Shown piece by piece: positions 25,089 to 38,569 of a stretch of DNA of 64,000 bases. Source of the stretch: Vicugna vicugna (lineage: Eukaryota); contig MU058540.1 of NCBI GenBank assembly GCA_013265495.1, forward strand, positions 2,009,696 through 2,073,695, written 5' to 3'. The translations under genes were made by a program, and so were the position numbers. Every line of letters starts with the position of its first letter. Positions within the stretch are counted from its first letter, which is position 1. The notes below the pieces were generated by a model. It did no database searches and was not told the DNA's origin. It was given only the letters and a program-made list of their open reading frames with translations.

Positions 25089-27048
25089 TTGCTAATATTT
25101 TATTAATAATTTTTATGTGTATATTCATTAGGGATATTGGGCTGTAGTTTTCTTGGAGTGTCCTTGTCTGGGTTTCATATCAGGGTAATGCTGGCCTCAT
25201 AAAATGATTTTGGGAGTGTTCCCACCTCTCCGATTTTTTAGAAGAATTTGAGAAGGATTGGTGTTAATTTTTCTTTAAATGTTTGATACAATTCACCAGT
25301 GAAGCCATCTGGTCCTGGGCTTTTGTCATTGGGAGATTTTTTGATTATTGATTTCATCTCCTTTGATCTCAGATTTTCTATTTCTTCTTGATTCAGTCTT
25401 GGTAGATTGTATGTTTCTAGAAGTTTATCCATTTCTTCTAGTTTGTCCAAGTTTTTGGTATGTAATTGTTCATAGTGGTTTTTATGGTCCTTTGTATTTC
25501 TATAGAATTGGAACTAATGTCCCCAATTTCATTTCTGATTTTAGTAACTTGTCTTCTCTCTCTTTTTTGGCCTATCTAGCTAAATTTTTGTCAATTTCTT
25601 GATCTTTTCAAAGAACTAACTTTTGGTTTCATTGATTTTTCTATACTTTTCTATTCTCCATTTCATTTATATCTGTTCTTATCTTTATTGTTTCCTTTCT
25701 TTTGTTTTGGGTTTAGTTTGTTCTTCTTTTTCTAGTTCCTTAAATTATAAAGTTAGGTTGTTGATTTGAGATCTTTCTTGTTTTTCAGTGTAAGCTTTTA
25801 GAGCTAAAAAATTCCACCTTAGTACCACTTTGCTGTGTCTCATAAATTTTGGTATGTTGTGTTTTCATTTTCATTTTTCTCTAAGTATTTCAATATCCCT
25901 TGTGATTTATTCTTGACCCCTGGTTTGTTTAAAAGTGTGTTCATTTCCACAGTTTTGTGAACTTTGCAGTTTTCTTCATATTATTGATTTCTAATTTCAT
26001 CTTACTGTGATCAGAGAAGATACTTTGTAAGACATTTATCTTTTAAAATCTATTGTGACTTAATTTGTGGCCTGACATATGCTGTCTTGGAAAATGTCCC
26101 ATGTGCACTTGAGAAGAATATATTTCCTGTTGTTGGGTGGTGTCTGTATGTGTCTGTTAGATCTAGTTTGTTTTAAGTTCTCTATTTCCTTCATTATCTT
26201 CTGTCTAGTCTGTCCATTCTTACAAGTAGGGTATTGATGTCTCCAACTGTTACTGTAGAAATGTCTATTTCTCCCTTCAGTTCTTTCCATTTTTGCTTCA
26301 TATATTTTGATGGTCTGTCATTAGGTGCTTAAATGTTGTAGTTGTTAAATCTTCTTGCTGTGTTGAAACTGTTATTAATATATAATGTTCTTGGTTTTGT
26401 AAACTTTTTTGATTTAAAGCCTATTTTGTCTGATGTTAGTATAGCCACTCCTGCTCTCTTTCGGTTACAATTTGCATGGAGTATTTTTTTTTTCTTAAAT
26501 CCTGAAAGGATTTTGGATCCCAAGTCAGTCTCTCATAGGCAGCATATACTGAGATCGTGTGTTTTCATCCATTCTGCCCATCTCTGTCTTTTGAATGGAG
26601 GAGAGTTTACATTTAAAGTTATTACTTATAGGAAGAGACTTCTGTCATTGTGGTATTTGCTTTCTATATGCCTTGTAGTTTTTTGCCCCTCATTTCCTGT
26701 ATTCCTGTCTTCTTTAGTTGATTTTTTTGAATGAAATGTTTAAATCCCTTATTTCCTTCTTTATATATTCTATAGCTATTTTTTTCAGTTACCATAGAGA
26801 TTACATTTAACATAAAGTTATAATATTCTAATTTGAATTTATAGCAGTTTTAGAACACACAAAATCTGCTTCTTTACAGCTCCATTCCCAACCATTTCAG
26901 TTGTCTGACATAAAATTACATTTTTATACATTGTGTGCCTTTAAACATAATCATTCTTTTAAATGTATGAGTCTTCTAATTTAGTCTCCTAAATTATGAG
27001 GAAAACAAGATTTGGAGATACAAACCAAAGTTACAGTAATACAAATTT

Positions 27049-27247
27049 GTTTTAAAACTTTTTTTTAAGTAGTTTCTTTTTAAGTTTTCACTTAATTTTT
27101 TTTTATTTTTAATGATTTTTAATTTTTATTTTTTGAGGGAGGTAATTAGATTTATTATTTATTTATTTTAATGGAGGTACTGGGGATTGAACCCTGAACC
27201 TCATGAATGCTAAGCACACATTCTACCACTGAGCTATACCCTCCCCC
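27049..27247 (-). mobile_element. tRNA-derived SINE (Vic-1-like) with long AT tail
   Basis: TSD cagtaatacaaa at 27035 and 27248. Confidence 0.85.
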
Positions 27248-28897
27248 CAGTAATACAAACTTTTACATTGATAATTACTCTTTTCTTTAGATGCATTTGT
27301 CTATTAAATCATGTAGAAAACAAAGTACAGTTATAAGTCATTTTTATAATACTAGCTCTTATTACCCATGTATTTACCTTTATTGAAATCTTTATTTCTC
27401 CATGTGACTTTGAGGTACTTTCTAGGGCCCACACTTAACCTTGCAGGACTTCCTTGAACATCTCTTACAGAGCAGGTCTTAGTGGTCACAGTCTCGCTCA
27501 GATTTTGTTTATCTGGGATTACCTTAGTTTCTTCCTCACTTTTGAAAGACAGTTTTGCTGGATAGAGGATTTTTGGTTGACTATTTTTAAGTTGAGTACT
27601 TTAGCTATATTGGCTCACCAACTTCTGGCCGCCAACCTTTTTTTCTGTGAGTTTGTGTTTTGAAGTATAATTGACCTCTAGTGCTACAACATAGTGATTT
27701 GCTATTTCTGTGCATTACAAAATGATCACTATGATAAGTCTAGTTACCATTGGGCACCGTACAAAGATTTTACATTATTATTGACTATATTCCCCATGCT
27801 GTATGTTCCACCTCTATGGCTAATTTATTTTGAAACTGGAGGTTTGTACCTCTTAATTTCTCTTGCCTATTTCACTCATCCTCCACCCCTTCACCTCTTG
27901 CAGCCACATATTTGTTTCTGTATCTATAACTGTTTAATTTTATTTGTTCATCTGTTTTGTTTTTTAGATTACACATGTAAAGGAAATCATATGGTATGTG
28001 TCTTTCGCTGTCTGACTTAATTCACTTAGTGTAATACCTCTAGGTCCACCCATGTTGCGGTAGATGGCAAGATTTCAGTCTTTTTATGGCTAAATAATGT
28101 TCCACACACACACACCACATCTTTTTATCTAGTCATCTATTGACGGACACTTAGGTTGCTTCCATATCTTGGCTGTTGTGAATAATGCTTCAGTGAACAT
28201 AGGGGTGCATATGTCTTTTTGAATTATTGTTTCTGTTTTATTTGGAAAAATACCCAGAAGTGAAATTGCTGGATTTTTTGGTACTTCTATTTTTAATTTT
28301 TTGAGGAACCTCCATACTGTTTTCCATAGTGGCTGCATTAATTGACATTCCCACCAACAGTGCACACGGGTTCCCTTCTCTCCGCATACTTACCAGTACT
28401 TACCGTTGATTGTCTTTTTGATAATAGTCATTCTGATAGGTGTGAGGTGATATCTTATTATGATTTTGATGTGCATTTCCTTGATGATTAGTGATATTGA
28501 GCATCTTTTCATACGCCTGTTGGCTATCTGTATGTCTTCTTTGGAAAAATGTCTATTCTGCTCATTTTTAAGTTGGGTTGTTTGGTTTCTCTTGGTGTTA
28601 AGTTGTATGAGTTCTTTGTATATTTTGAATGTTAACCACTTATCAGATACATCATTTACAAATATCTTCCCCAGTTCATTAGGTGGCCTTTTCATTTTGT
28701 TGGTAATTTCCTTCACTGTGTAAAAGCTTTTTAGTTTGATATAGTTTCATTTGTTTATTTTTGCTCTTGTTTCCCTTGCCTGAGGAGGCATAACCAAAAA
28801 CTATTGCTAAGACCATTGTCAAAGAGTGCACTGCCTATGTTTTCATCTAGGAGTTTTATGGTTGCAGGTCTTACGTTTAAGTCTTTAATCCATTTTG

Positions 28898-29012
28898 TTT
28901 TTGTCTTTTAAAATTATGATTATTATTATTTTTAAAATAGTGGTACTGAGGATTGAACCTAGGACCTTGTGCATACTAGGCATGCGCTCTACCACTGAGC
29001 TATACCTTCCCC
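28898..29012 (-). mobile_element. tRNA-derived SINE (Vic-1-like)
   Basis: ggtactgaggattgaacctaggacc...ctaccactgagctataccttcccc. Confidence 0.85.
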
Positions 29013-32000
29013 CATTTTGATCCCTTTTGAATTTATTTTTGTGCATGGTATGAGAGTAGTCCAGTTTGATTCTGGTTCTTTTGCAGGTAACTTTTCAGTT
29101 TCCAAACACAATTTATTGAAGAGACTGTCTCTTTCCCATTGAATATTCTTGTCTCCTCTCTCGCAGACTAATTACCCTGTAAGTGTGGGTTCATCTAGGC
29201 TCTGTTCTATTCTGTTGATCTGTGTATCTGTGTTTGTGCTGTCAGTGTACTGTTTTGATTACTATAGCTTTATAGTATAGTTAATAATCAGGGAGTATAA
29301 TACTTCCAGCTTTATTCTTCTTTCTTAAGATTGTTTTGGCTATTTAGGGTCTTTTGTGTTTCCATACACATTTTAGAATAATTTATTTTGTTTCTATGAA
29401 AACTGCCATTGATATTTTGATAGGGATTGCATCAAATTTTTAGATTGCCTTGAGGAGTATGGTCATTTTAACTATTAATTCTTCCAATCCATGAACATGT
29501 TACATCTTTCCATTTGTTTTTGTCATCTTCAATTTCTTTCATCAGTATCTTACAGTTTTCCAAGTACAGATCTTTTAACTCCTTAGATTTATTCCTAGAT
29601 ATTTTATTCTTGTGGATGCAATTGTAATGGGGTTGTTTTCTTAATTGCTGTTTCTGATTGCTGTTAAGTGTATAAAAACACATTTCTGTATATTAGTTTT
29701 GTATCCTGCAACTTTACTGCATTCATTTATTAGTTCTAATAGTTTTTTGTGACACATTTATAACTTTCTGTATATAGTATCATGTCATCTGCAAAAAGTG
29801 ACAGTTTTACTTCTGTACTAATTTGGATTCCTTTTCTTTTTATCTGATTGCTGTGGCTGGGACTTCCCATACTATGTTGAATGAAAGTGGCTAGAGTGGG
29901 CATCCTGATCTTAGAGGAAATACTTTAAGCTTTTCACTACTGAGTATGCTGTTGGCTGTCAGTTTGTCATATATGGCCTTGATTATAATGAAATGTGTTC
30001 CCTCTATATCCACTTTGTAAGAATTTTGGTCATAAATGGATGTTGAATTTTGTGAAAAGCTTGTTCTGTATCTATTGAGATTATTATATGATTTTATTCA
30101 TTTTGTTAATGTGGTATTACATAGACTGATTTGTGGATATTGAACCATTCTTTCATCCCTGGGATAAATCTCACTTCATTGTGGTGTACGATCCTTTTAA
30201 TGTGTGGTTGAATTTGGTTTGCTAATATTTTGTTGAGGATTTTTGCATCTATGTTCATCAGGGATATTGGCCTATAATTTTCTTTTTGTGGTATTTTTGT
30301 CTGGTTTTGGTATCAGGGTAATGCTGGCCTTGTACAATGAATTCGGAAGCATTCCTTTCTCTGCAATTATTTGAAATAGCTGAAGAAGGATAGGCATTAA
30401 TTCTTCTTAAAATGTTATGTAGAATTCACCTCTGAAGCTATCTGGTCCTGGACTTTGGTATGTTGGAAATTTTATTACTTATTCAAGTTTTTACTGGTAG
30501 TTGGTCTGTTCATATTTTGTATTTCTTTCTGAGTCAGTCTTGGGAGATTGTACGTTTCTAGGAGTTTATCCATTTCTTCTAGACTGTCCATTTTACTAGC
30601 AGATATATACACGTATATATATATGCATGTATATAATATACTAGTATATATTGTTTGTAGTAATCTCTTATTATCCTTTGCATTCCATGGTGTCAGTTGT
30701 AGCTTCTTTTTCATTTCTGATTTTATTTGCTCCCTCTTTTTTTTTTTTCTCATGAATTTGGATAAAAGTTTTATCAATTTATCTTTTCAAACAACCCGTT
30801 CTTAGTTTCATTGATCTTTTTTCTTTTCTTTTTTTTTGGGGGGGGTTCTCTATTTCATTCATTTCTGCTCTGACCTTTATGATTTCTTTCCTTCTACTAA
30901 CTTTGGGTTTTATTTATTCTTTTTCTAGTTCCTTTAGGTGTGAGGTTCGGTTGTTTGAGATTTTTCTTGTTTCCTGAGATGAGCTTGTATTGTTATAAAC
31001 TTTCCTCTTAGATCTGCTTTTACAGCATGCCATTAGATTTTTGAATCATTGTGTTTCCATTTGCTATTTGTGGTCACGTATTTTCTGTTTCCTCTTTGAT
31101 TATTACTTCAGTGACCAATTTGTTGTTTAATAGCATATTGAGTTAATCTTACTTGAAACTTGTTGAGATTCTTGGATGTTTACATTCATGTGTTTAATCA
31201 AATTTAGGAACTTTTCAGCCACGTGTCCTTTGATACTCTCTCTGGCCCCTTACTTTCTCCTTCCTCTGGACTCTCATGATGCATATGTTGGTCCACTTGA
31301 AAGTGTCCTACAGGTCCCTTAGGCTCTGTTCACTTTTCTTCAGCCTTTTTTCTTTCTGTTCTTCAGTCTCAATAATTTCCATTGTCCTGTCTTAATGTTC
31401 ACTGGCTCTTTCTTTGCCTTCTCAAATCTGCCTCTGACCGTGTCTAGTGAATTTTTCATTGCAGTTACTGTGCTTTTCAGCTCCAGAATTTCTTTCTGGT
31501 TTTTCTTTAGTTGTTGTTGTTTTTTTTTAATGTCTATTGATATTTCCATTTTGTTTACACATTGGTTTTCTTGACCTTCCTCTTATCTACCTTTAGTTCT
31601 CTGAGCGTCTTTAAAACAGTTATTTAAAAATTTTGGTAGTACATCTGTTACCAGGTCTTTTTCAGGGAAAGATTCTGTTGAATTCTTTTTCCCTTTGAAT
31701 AGGGCATGCTTTCTTGTTTGTGTGTCTTGTGATTTTTTGTTGTTGAACACTGGCCATTTGAATCTAATGTGGTATTAACTCTGGAAATCAGATTATCCTT
31801 CATCCTCATGTTTTGCTAGTTTGTGTTGCTATTCATTTTTTGAGTGTTGTAGGCTATCTCTGTGCTGAGAGTCAGTCTGATGCTTTCTCAGGTCTTTTTG
31901 GGCCTTTCCCTGGGCATGTGTGGTCACTTTCTCATTTTCCCTGTCTAGGCAGTTGTTTTGGGATGTCTTAGTCTTTAATGTCTGGCTCCTGAAAGGGGAA

Positions 32001-35000
32001 AATGTAAAACATGAAGGGTGGGGTGAAGGTTGTTAGTCCTTTAAATCCCCTTAGAAGTCACCTGAACCAATGATGGGAGTGTGTGTGTATGAAACAATGG
32101 CTGCCTGCCTCTTTGCACCTCAGTAACCATGCAGCAATCAGTATTCAGAGCATGGATCCCTGATATTCAGGGAACAGAGTCCTTTTTGCCCACCCTACTC
32201 CCACAAGCCGCTCTAGAAAACTCGCAGAGCTGCCTGCCACGTGGCTGCTGGTGGTAGATGGGTAGCTGCCATTGTGCTAGGGACTGAAATTGGCATTGTC
32301 TACCATTTACCACCTATGCCTGGAAGTTGCAAAGCTTCAACAGACTCCAAAATTCCAAAATAGTTACATCAGGCAGATTCTGCCAGTGTAATTGTTGTCT
32401 AGGTGAAAGGGAGATTCCTGGTACTTCCTACTCTGCCATCTTCCCAGAATCTTCACACTCAGGCTGAAGAACCGTGATCAGTGTGAGTGGACAGATTTCA
32501 GATCAGTGTGGCCTGAAGGCCATTTTGTGATTATGCCTCCCTACCCCATGTCAAGTTGTTGCTGGTTCCCAACACCTCAAAGACCAAAATCAGGTTGCAG
32601 GGATTGCTAGAAAACCATGTGGTTCTGGCCTCCACATCTCAAAATGAGTAACAAGAATGAAGGGACCACTGAGACAGAGATGCAAGGCTGCCTATGAGTA
32701 AGGACTGGACGCTGATTTGTTGAGCGTCTACTACGTACTGGATTGGGTATATGTACTAGATGCTGGGAGGGTGATGAGGGTTCCTTGACCCCTCAGTGGG
32801 GGTCACATGAGTTTACTGTGTTTAGCCTGGCGTCACCTTTAGGAAGACTTCAGTATCTGAAGTGCGCAACATCTATGTGGGTTCATGGTTTTAGACTGAA
32901 AAGATCTGAAGTTCTCAGTGTGGCAATGTGGTTATGAGTGGACATCAGATCAGGCTGTAGAGTAACTGGAACTAGTCGTCCCATCCCCAGATACCAATCA
33001 CTAGCTACTGGTTCTTCCACCTTATCTCCTTGGTAAGAAACTTTTAAGGAGGTAATTTCTTGCTGTAGGCATTGTTTTGGCTTTAAAGTTACTTTATGAA
33101 AGCACATTATCCAAAGCAGACCCAGGCCAGGAATATTTAATGCCTCAAGAAAGGCTTAGCTACCTGTCAACTAAGCCAGGTTTGAAATACACGCCCCAGA
33201 ATTCCTTCCTTGCGTTGTTTTGGGTTAGTAAGGACCAGATGATCTTATGTGAGATTTGGAAAGTGGAAACAATGCAGCAGCCACATTCTTTTATCTGGAA
33301 GGTGAGCGTAAAGAGGGTTTGTCTGGCACATAGTAAGCAATGAGTAGTAGTTATTACCAGCTTTAGCTGTGGCTGCAGGACAGCTTTTCCTGGTCACTGT
33401 TCTTAGCTGCTGGTACCTACCCTACCCTACCCTCATCAAAACCTGGCAAATGACTGAAAATTGTATTATTTGCCCTTGATTATATTAAAAAGGTGGGGGT
33501 CCCTCCAGACATGGACACTGAAGTGTTGGCTCTAACAAGCAGAGTGTGGAGGAAAACCTTTTGCCTTTTCTTTCTCCAGTCAGATTCCAAGGTGATGGGT
33601 GGGGAGGCTCTCATATCTAGAGAAAAGGATCTGAAAAAAACAAACCAAACACAGAAATTCTTTTAGCTCAACCCAGAGCATATGTTAAAAAGCAAAACAT
33701 CCTTATCCTTTCATACTGGTGAATTTCCCACGTTTCCTCCAAAGTAGAATATGAGGCCTATGGCGACGTTGCTGTTTCAGTTCCACCATATACGTGCGGA
33801 TTTTAAGGAACCACCAACATCTCATTCCATATGCCGAGAGAATCATGCTTTAGACTAGAAAAAGACTGATTTTAAAAGTGTATATCCAAGTGACCTGGAT
33901 GATGGTGGGCTGGTCACTTCATTCTGGATCCTCCCCATTCTTGATTCTAGGGAACTCCTACTTTGTGGACTGTGCTTGAGTTGTTTCATCTGTAGGTAGC
34001 AGTTAACTCCAACAGGTGTGGCCAAAGGTTGTCTTGGGAGTTACACTGTGATGTCCCTTTTTTGCAATGTATTGTTAAGGTCACACATGTAGATTATTTG
34101 TAACTGTATATTGAGATGAATTATACAAATAGCACGGTCAAAATTATTGTGCCTTCTCTATAGCTTTCCCCTACCTCCCAAAGAAATGTCAGACACATAG
34201 GACAGAAAAATCTGAAAGGAAGCACCGAGGGGTCCTTTTATGTACACTCTTGTCAGTCATTGCTATTGAAACACGTAAGTAGCCAGTTGATGGAAATGAC
34301 ATACAGCTAGGCTGGGGAATTCTGAGCTTGGGATTTTGATGAAACCAGCTCAAATTCAATGCACTTTGTCACCAGTGTTGGTGACAGTTTCCTGGATACA
34401 TTCTAATGCACCATGCTAAAAACCACAGATTTATAGCCGGGAAATTCTGTTCAACTTCAAGATCCCTAGTTAATCACTATTCATTTAGAAAAAACATGCA
34501 AATAAAGGGAATTATTCCATTACCAAATAATTTAGCAGCAAAAGGAGAGTATAATTAAAATCCAGAGATGAAGCAAGGAATTCAGAAGGAATAAAAGATG
34601 CCTGGAGCCTGCATTGACCTGTCTGTAGACCTCAGTGGTACAACTGGAGACAGGTGTGCCCCCAGCCCAGCCCCACACCCCCTTTCTTCTGCACAGGATT
34701 CAGTGTATGTAGTATCATCTCCTATATGCTACATAAGGGGAAATACATGTTTAACACAGAACATCACCTGACATATGCTTACTTCCACTTAACATATTTA
34801 TTAAAGAGCAGAATTAAATAGATTTCCCAAAATGAACCTACCTTACAGTCAGTTAAAATGGTGAAGGGTCCACTGATTAATGAAAAAACAAAATCCTAGT
34901 TTCCCTGACTTTTTTTGGTTCATTTGAACAAAGATGCATGATTCCACTGCATTTAGCCCAGTGTTGACTTCAGGTTGTGCATCAGAGCCAGGAGCTGAAC

Positions 35001-35136
35001 AGTTCTGTCTCATGACAATTTTCGATGTCTCATTTCTTCAACTCGGCTCCCACCATAGTTTTCCAACCAAAACAACCTTTCTTGAAGACTATTTAAACAA
35101 AACCAAGTACAATGGGAAATCATTTGTTTTTCTGAA

Positions 35137-35142
35137 TTTATT
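35137..35142 (-). terminator. FKBP5: Probable main poly(A) signal AATAAA
   Basis: tttatt on the + strand; downstream GU-rich element; UTR length similar to recalled human FKBP5. Confidence 0.7.
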
Positions 35143-36938
35143 TAAGAACACCAAAAAAAGTGCATCTGGATAATTTTTTTTAAAAAGCAATTTATGTTTT
35201 TAATTCATTATATGCTGCCTCACCACTCCAAATGCAATCTGAGAGCTGGTTCAAAGACATCTGTTGATTTCTAGACAAACTGTTGAAAATGACTGAATTT
35301 GATACAAGAATGTGTGTGAAGTTTCTTTTTCTTGAGTGGTGATGGACACTTCATAATCTTTTGCTCAGAACCACTTGCCCACCCTTTCTGCCCCTCCTCC
35401 CCACATTTTTTCCTGCCTATTCCCATGACCCGTAACACACACTTGGGAGACGATGGGCTAAGATAATCTAAGTTTTAGAATTTTTTGTTACCTGCAAAGA
35501 GCTAACTGGCCTTTTGGATCTAATTTCAATCTTGGCCTTGTTGGAGTCATGCTCTAGTCAACAGAGCTACAAATACTACACAGTTAAGCAAATAAGCAAA
35601 ATCAGCTTTTGCTTTTCATATTCCCTAGGTGAGATTGGGGGCTTTTTAAAGAAGTATCTTATGAGAAAAGAGAAACATGTAAATGAGAAATTAAAAGGAT
35701 TTTAGTTAAAGGAGAAACTCACAATTCTATTTGTTCCATGGAGACAGAAACTGATATAAAAGGAAATGACTATATTTTTAGGTTTTTAACATGGTCCTAA
35801 CCTAATGATGAAAATGTTGTTAAAACCACCATAAAAATAAAAACTAACCTAAAATATAACTGCCAGTGTTCTTTAGGATTTAAGAAAGTGAGATGTTCCA
35901 GGTTGAAGCAAATGTTTTCTCGGGTTGCCAGATGCATTCCCGTGAGTGTTTCTTACTTCTTAGGCTGTGGGACTAGAAAGCCAGGCTTAATCTTGCTTAC
36001 CCGTAAGGATTAAAATTCAGCTACACGTACATATTTAAGATCTGCCCTAGTTCAATGCCCAAGTACTGGAGATTTTAGGCTAGATGTACCTGCATGGGGA
36101 AGCTGTTCTTACCTCTCTTTCACAACTCACACCAGAACAGAGCAGCTATCAGCACAGGGAAAGCAAGCTACCGCATGTCGGACTTGCAAGATAATCCTTA
36201 AAGGCAATGAGTTCTTTTTCAACCTCAGATTTGTTTTTAAAAATTAAGTTACTTAGTAGTAAAAAGTCAATTTTTTGCATGATAGAGGAGTGTAAATAAA
36301 CTTTCATACATCAGTATACATATGTTTATGACACAGCAATTTAAAAAAGACAACAAAAAAAGCTGCATGGATCCTAGACAGATATGTAAATAAATTCACT
36401 CCAGGTCAAAGGTATGACAAGAACAAGTCTCAAATTCTTAATTTGGGGATCAGAACAGAAGGAAGAAACTGAGCTGTAGCAATGTGAGCAGGCAAACTGG
36501 ACTCAACATAACTTCCTGGAAGGGAAAAAGCACAATTCTGATTGTTCTCTTCACATTTCAGCATCTCAGAACTTCATCCAGAACAGGGAAAGCTAATCCA
36601 GAAACCCTCTCTGCTCACTATCATCACTGAAGCGTGTTTTAGGAATGACAGAATGCCCCCTCTGGGGACAGCCTGGGCAGGAGCCCACGCTCACAGGGAG
36701 GCTGCTTAACAAGGGGGCGTTTGGGAGGCAGCTAAGTCAGCAAGTGAGTGCCTCTGAGGTTCTGGCTTTCAAGTTTGTGACGCTGATGTGGACCTGAGGG
36801 GATACCTGGCCCCTCTACTGTGGGTTCTGTTGGTTAGAAATGCAACAGCTTGCATTTGGAGCACTTGAGTCACTGAAAACCAAAACCTCCCCCTCCTCTC
36901 CCCTGCCCAATTGTAGGAAAGGAGAAACTCATTAAGCA

Positions 36939-36944
36939 TTTATT
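36939..36944 (-). terminator. FKBP5: Candidate proximal poly(A) signal AATAAA
   Basis: tttatt on the + strand ~390 nt after the stop codon. Confidence 0.4.
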
Positions 36945-37331
36945 GGTAGGTTTCTGCAGTGTATTAAAGTTCAATCAAATGGAAAACCTGACAGACAGCC
37001 CCCAATTGTTAGAATTATCTCAAGGGACCCTGAACTGGATATTGCAAGTTGACATAACTGAAATGAGCTGGACTAGGCTGTTGGCTCAATCTCTCCACAC
37101 CAACAGCCGCCGCTTTGTTCCACCTGGAGTGGTCCCATGCCACCCCCTCAAGGAGAGCTCTGGGCAGCAGCAGGGTGGTGGTTTTTGGGAAGCTACTGGT
37201 TTTGCCGTTTGCTTCCAGAATCACATAGACTATAACAAACTTTACATTAAACACTGTTTAGTCCTGAGTTGGGGGCATGCCCATGGAGGAGGGGCCGAGT
37301 TCACAAGGACTCTTCCCTCCCTGGCGTGGTG

Positions 37332-37439
37332 TCATACGTGTCCCTCAGCTTTCTCTTCTTCCATTGATTGACTTTCTGTTTCTTTTTCATTGGTGACCCC
37401 TTCTGAATTCTTCTTGCCCATTGCTTTACTGGCCTCTTC
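37332..37439 (-). CDS. FKBP5: FKBP5 last exon, coding part (~aa 423-457 plus stop)
   Basis: Manual translation EEASKAMGKKNSEGVTNEKETESQSMEEEKAEGHV*, TGA at 37334-37332; acceptor ttcttcctcag|. Confidence 0.96.
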   Translation of the reverse strand, partial: EEASKAMGKKNSEGVTNEKETESQSMEEEKAEGHV

Positions 37440-38169
37440 CTGAGGAAGAAATAAATCAAGAGGGTTAGAGAAAAAAGAAAATGTCCAATTACTTCTTGGC
37501 TCCTCTAGACTGTCAGGTCTGAAATAAGAGGGCGTTACAGGGCTTTATTCAGGTGGCCCGGCTGGGTAAGTCACGGCTCTGCTGCCAATAGCTGAGAGGG
37601 AGCTTTCGCTGTTCTTGGGTTAAAATGACTAGCTTGCCACAGGGACAGCTGTTAAATGTCACCAGGGGTTCTGAGTGGAGGGGGAGTGAGAGACCAGAAT
37701 ATAGCGTTGATGTAGGGAGGCGGACTTCTCCCATCACGTTTGCCAAGTTGGCTCCCAAACCTCAAAGTAAAGGCAAAATAGCTGGGCTTCCCCATCAGTC
37801 ATTTCCTGGGAAATCTGAAGTCTCAAAAGCAGGTATTATCTGGAGGGAAAAAACCCTGATGTACTTGATTTTTTAAAAAAATAATAAAAGTTTTAGGACA
37901 TTTCTAGGGAACTGACTTCCCTCATCTCTTGCATGGACATGTCAGGGCCTCACAACTATGTGCCTGTGGTGAGAAGAGTATGGTGGAACAGCCTTACTCT
38001 ACTCCTGGATCCAAACCAGCCTCAATCAGATCCGAAATCACTTCCCCTATCCTTGGGGCTTGCGAGTTGTCTACCTGCACCTGTGTCCTGTGCTTCACCC
38101 TCTCAGAACAAAAGTCAAAGGCACAAGGTCAGGTCTTGGTCCCCCTGAAGGCGGGGGGCTGTGACATAC

Positions 38170-38409
38170 CTTTGCATCTTGCTCTGCAAACTTCTTGAAC
38201 ATGTTGGCATAGATCCTGCGGTCCCGCTCATTGTGCTCCTTGGCTTTTTTCTGGCACATGGAGATCTGCAGTCTTGCGGCCTTATTTTGGGGGTTTACTT
38301 CCAACACTTTCTCAAAGTCGCCCTTGGCTGACTCAAACTCGTTCATGAGCAGCTGGGCTTCGCCCCTCCTGTACAAGCCCTTCTCATTGGCACTGTCCAG
38401 TCCAAGGGC
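38170..38409 (-). CDS. FKBP5: FKBP5 coding exon 10 (TPR3 and C-terminal helix, ~aa 343-422)
   Basis: [80 protein letters not shown]; Hsp90-clamp K352/R356 retained; acceptor ccctag|, donor AAG|gtatgt; 240 nt. Confidence 0.97.
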
Positions 38410-38569
38410 CTAGGGACAGACAGACTATGTTTTAGAAAGGATGCATGTACCCTGTGGGCATCTGAAGAGAAAAAGGTCTCTGGCCAAGGGAATTGGAAAA
38501 GGCATATTGAAAAGATTGGGCTCAAGGTAATTATATACTACTGATCAAAATTTACAAATTATAGAAAAT

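Larger units (their letters stand above)
20625..32455 (-). mobile_element. ~12 kb composite of nested L1 elements covering 3'UTR, ORF2, ORF1 and a 5' end
   Basis: Many L1 ORF2 peptides (MDKLEEMDKLLETYNLPRLNQEE, KRAGVAILTSDKI), ORF1 coiled-coil peptide (KNQKEILELKSTVTAMKNSLD); second L1 inserted at ~27640-31140; internal partition uncertain. Confidence 0.88.
35115..37331 (-). other. FKBP5: FKBP5 3'UTR (~2.2 kb; cleavage site approximate)
   Basis: Repeat-free sequence after the stop codon, ending near AATAAA at 35142-35137, followed by a U/GU-rich tract (ttgtacttggttttgttt). Confidence 0.75.

Noticed and set aside
36943..37371. 142-aa plus-strand ORF antisense to the FKBP5 stop/3'UTR
   Set aside because: Non-ATG start, no recognisable homology; expected by chance
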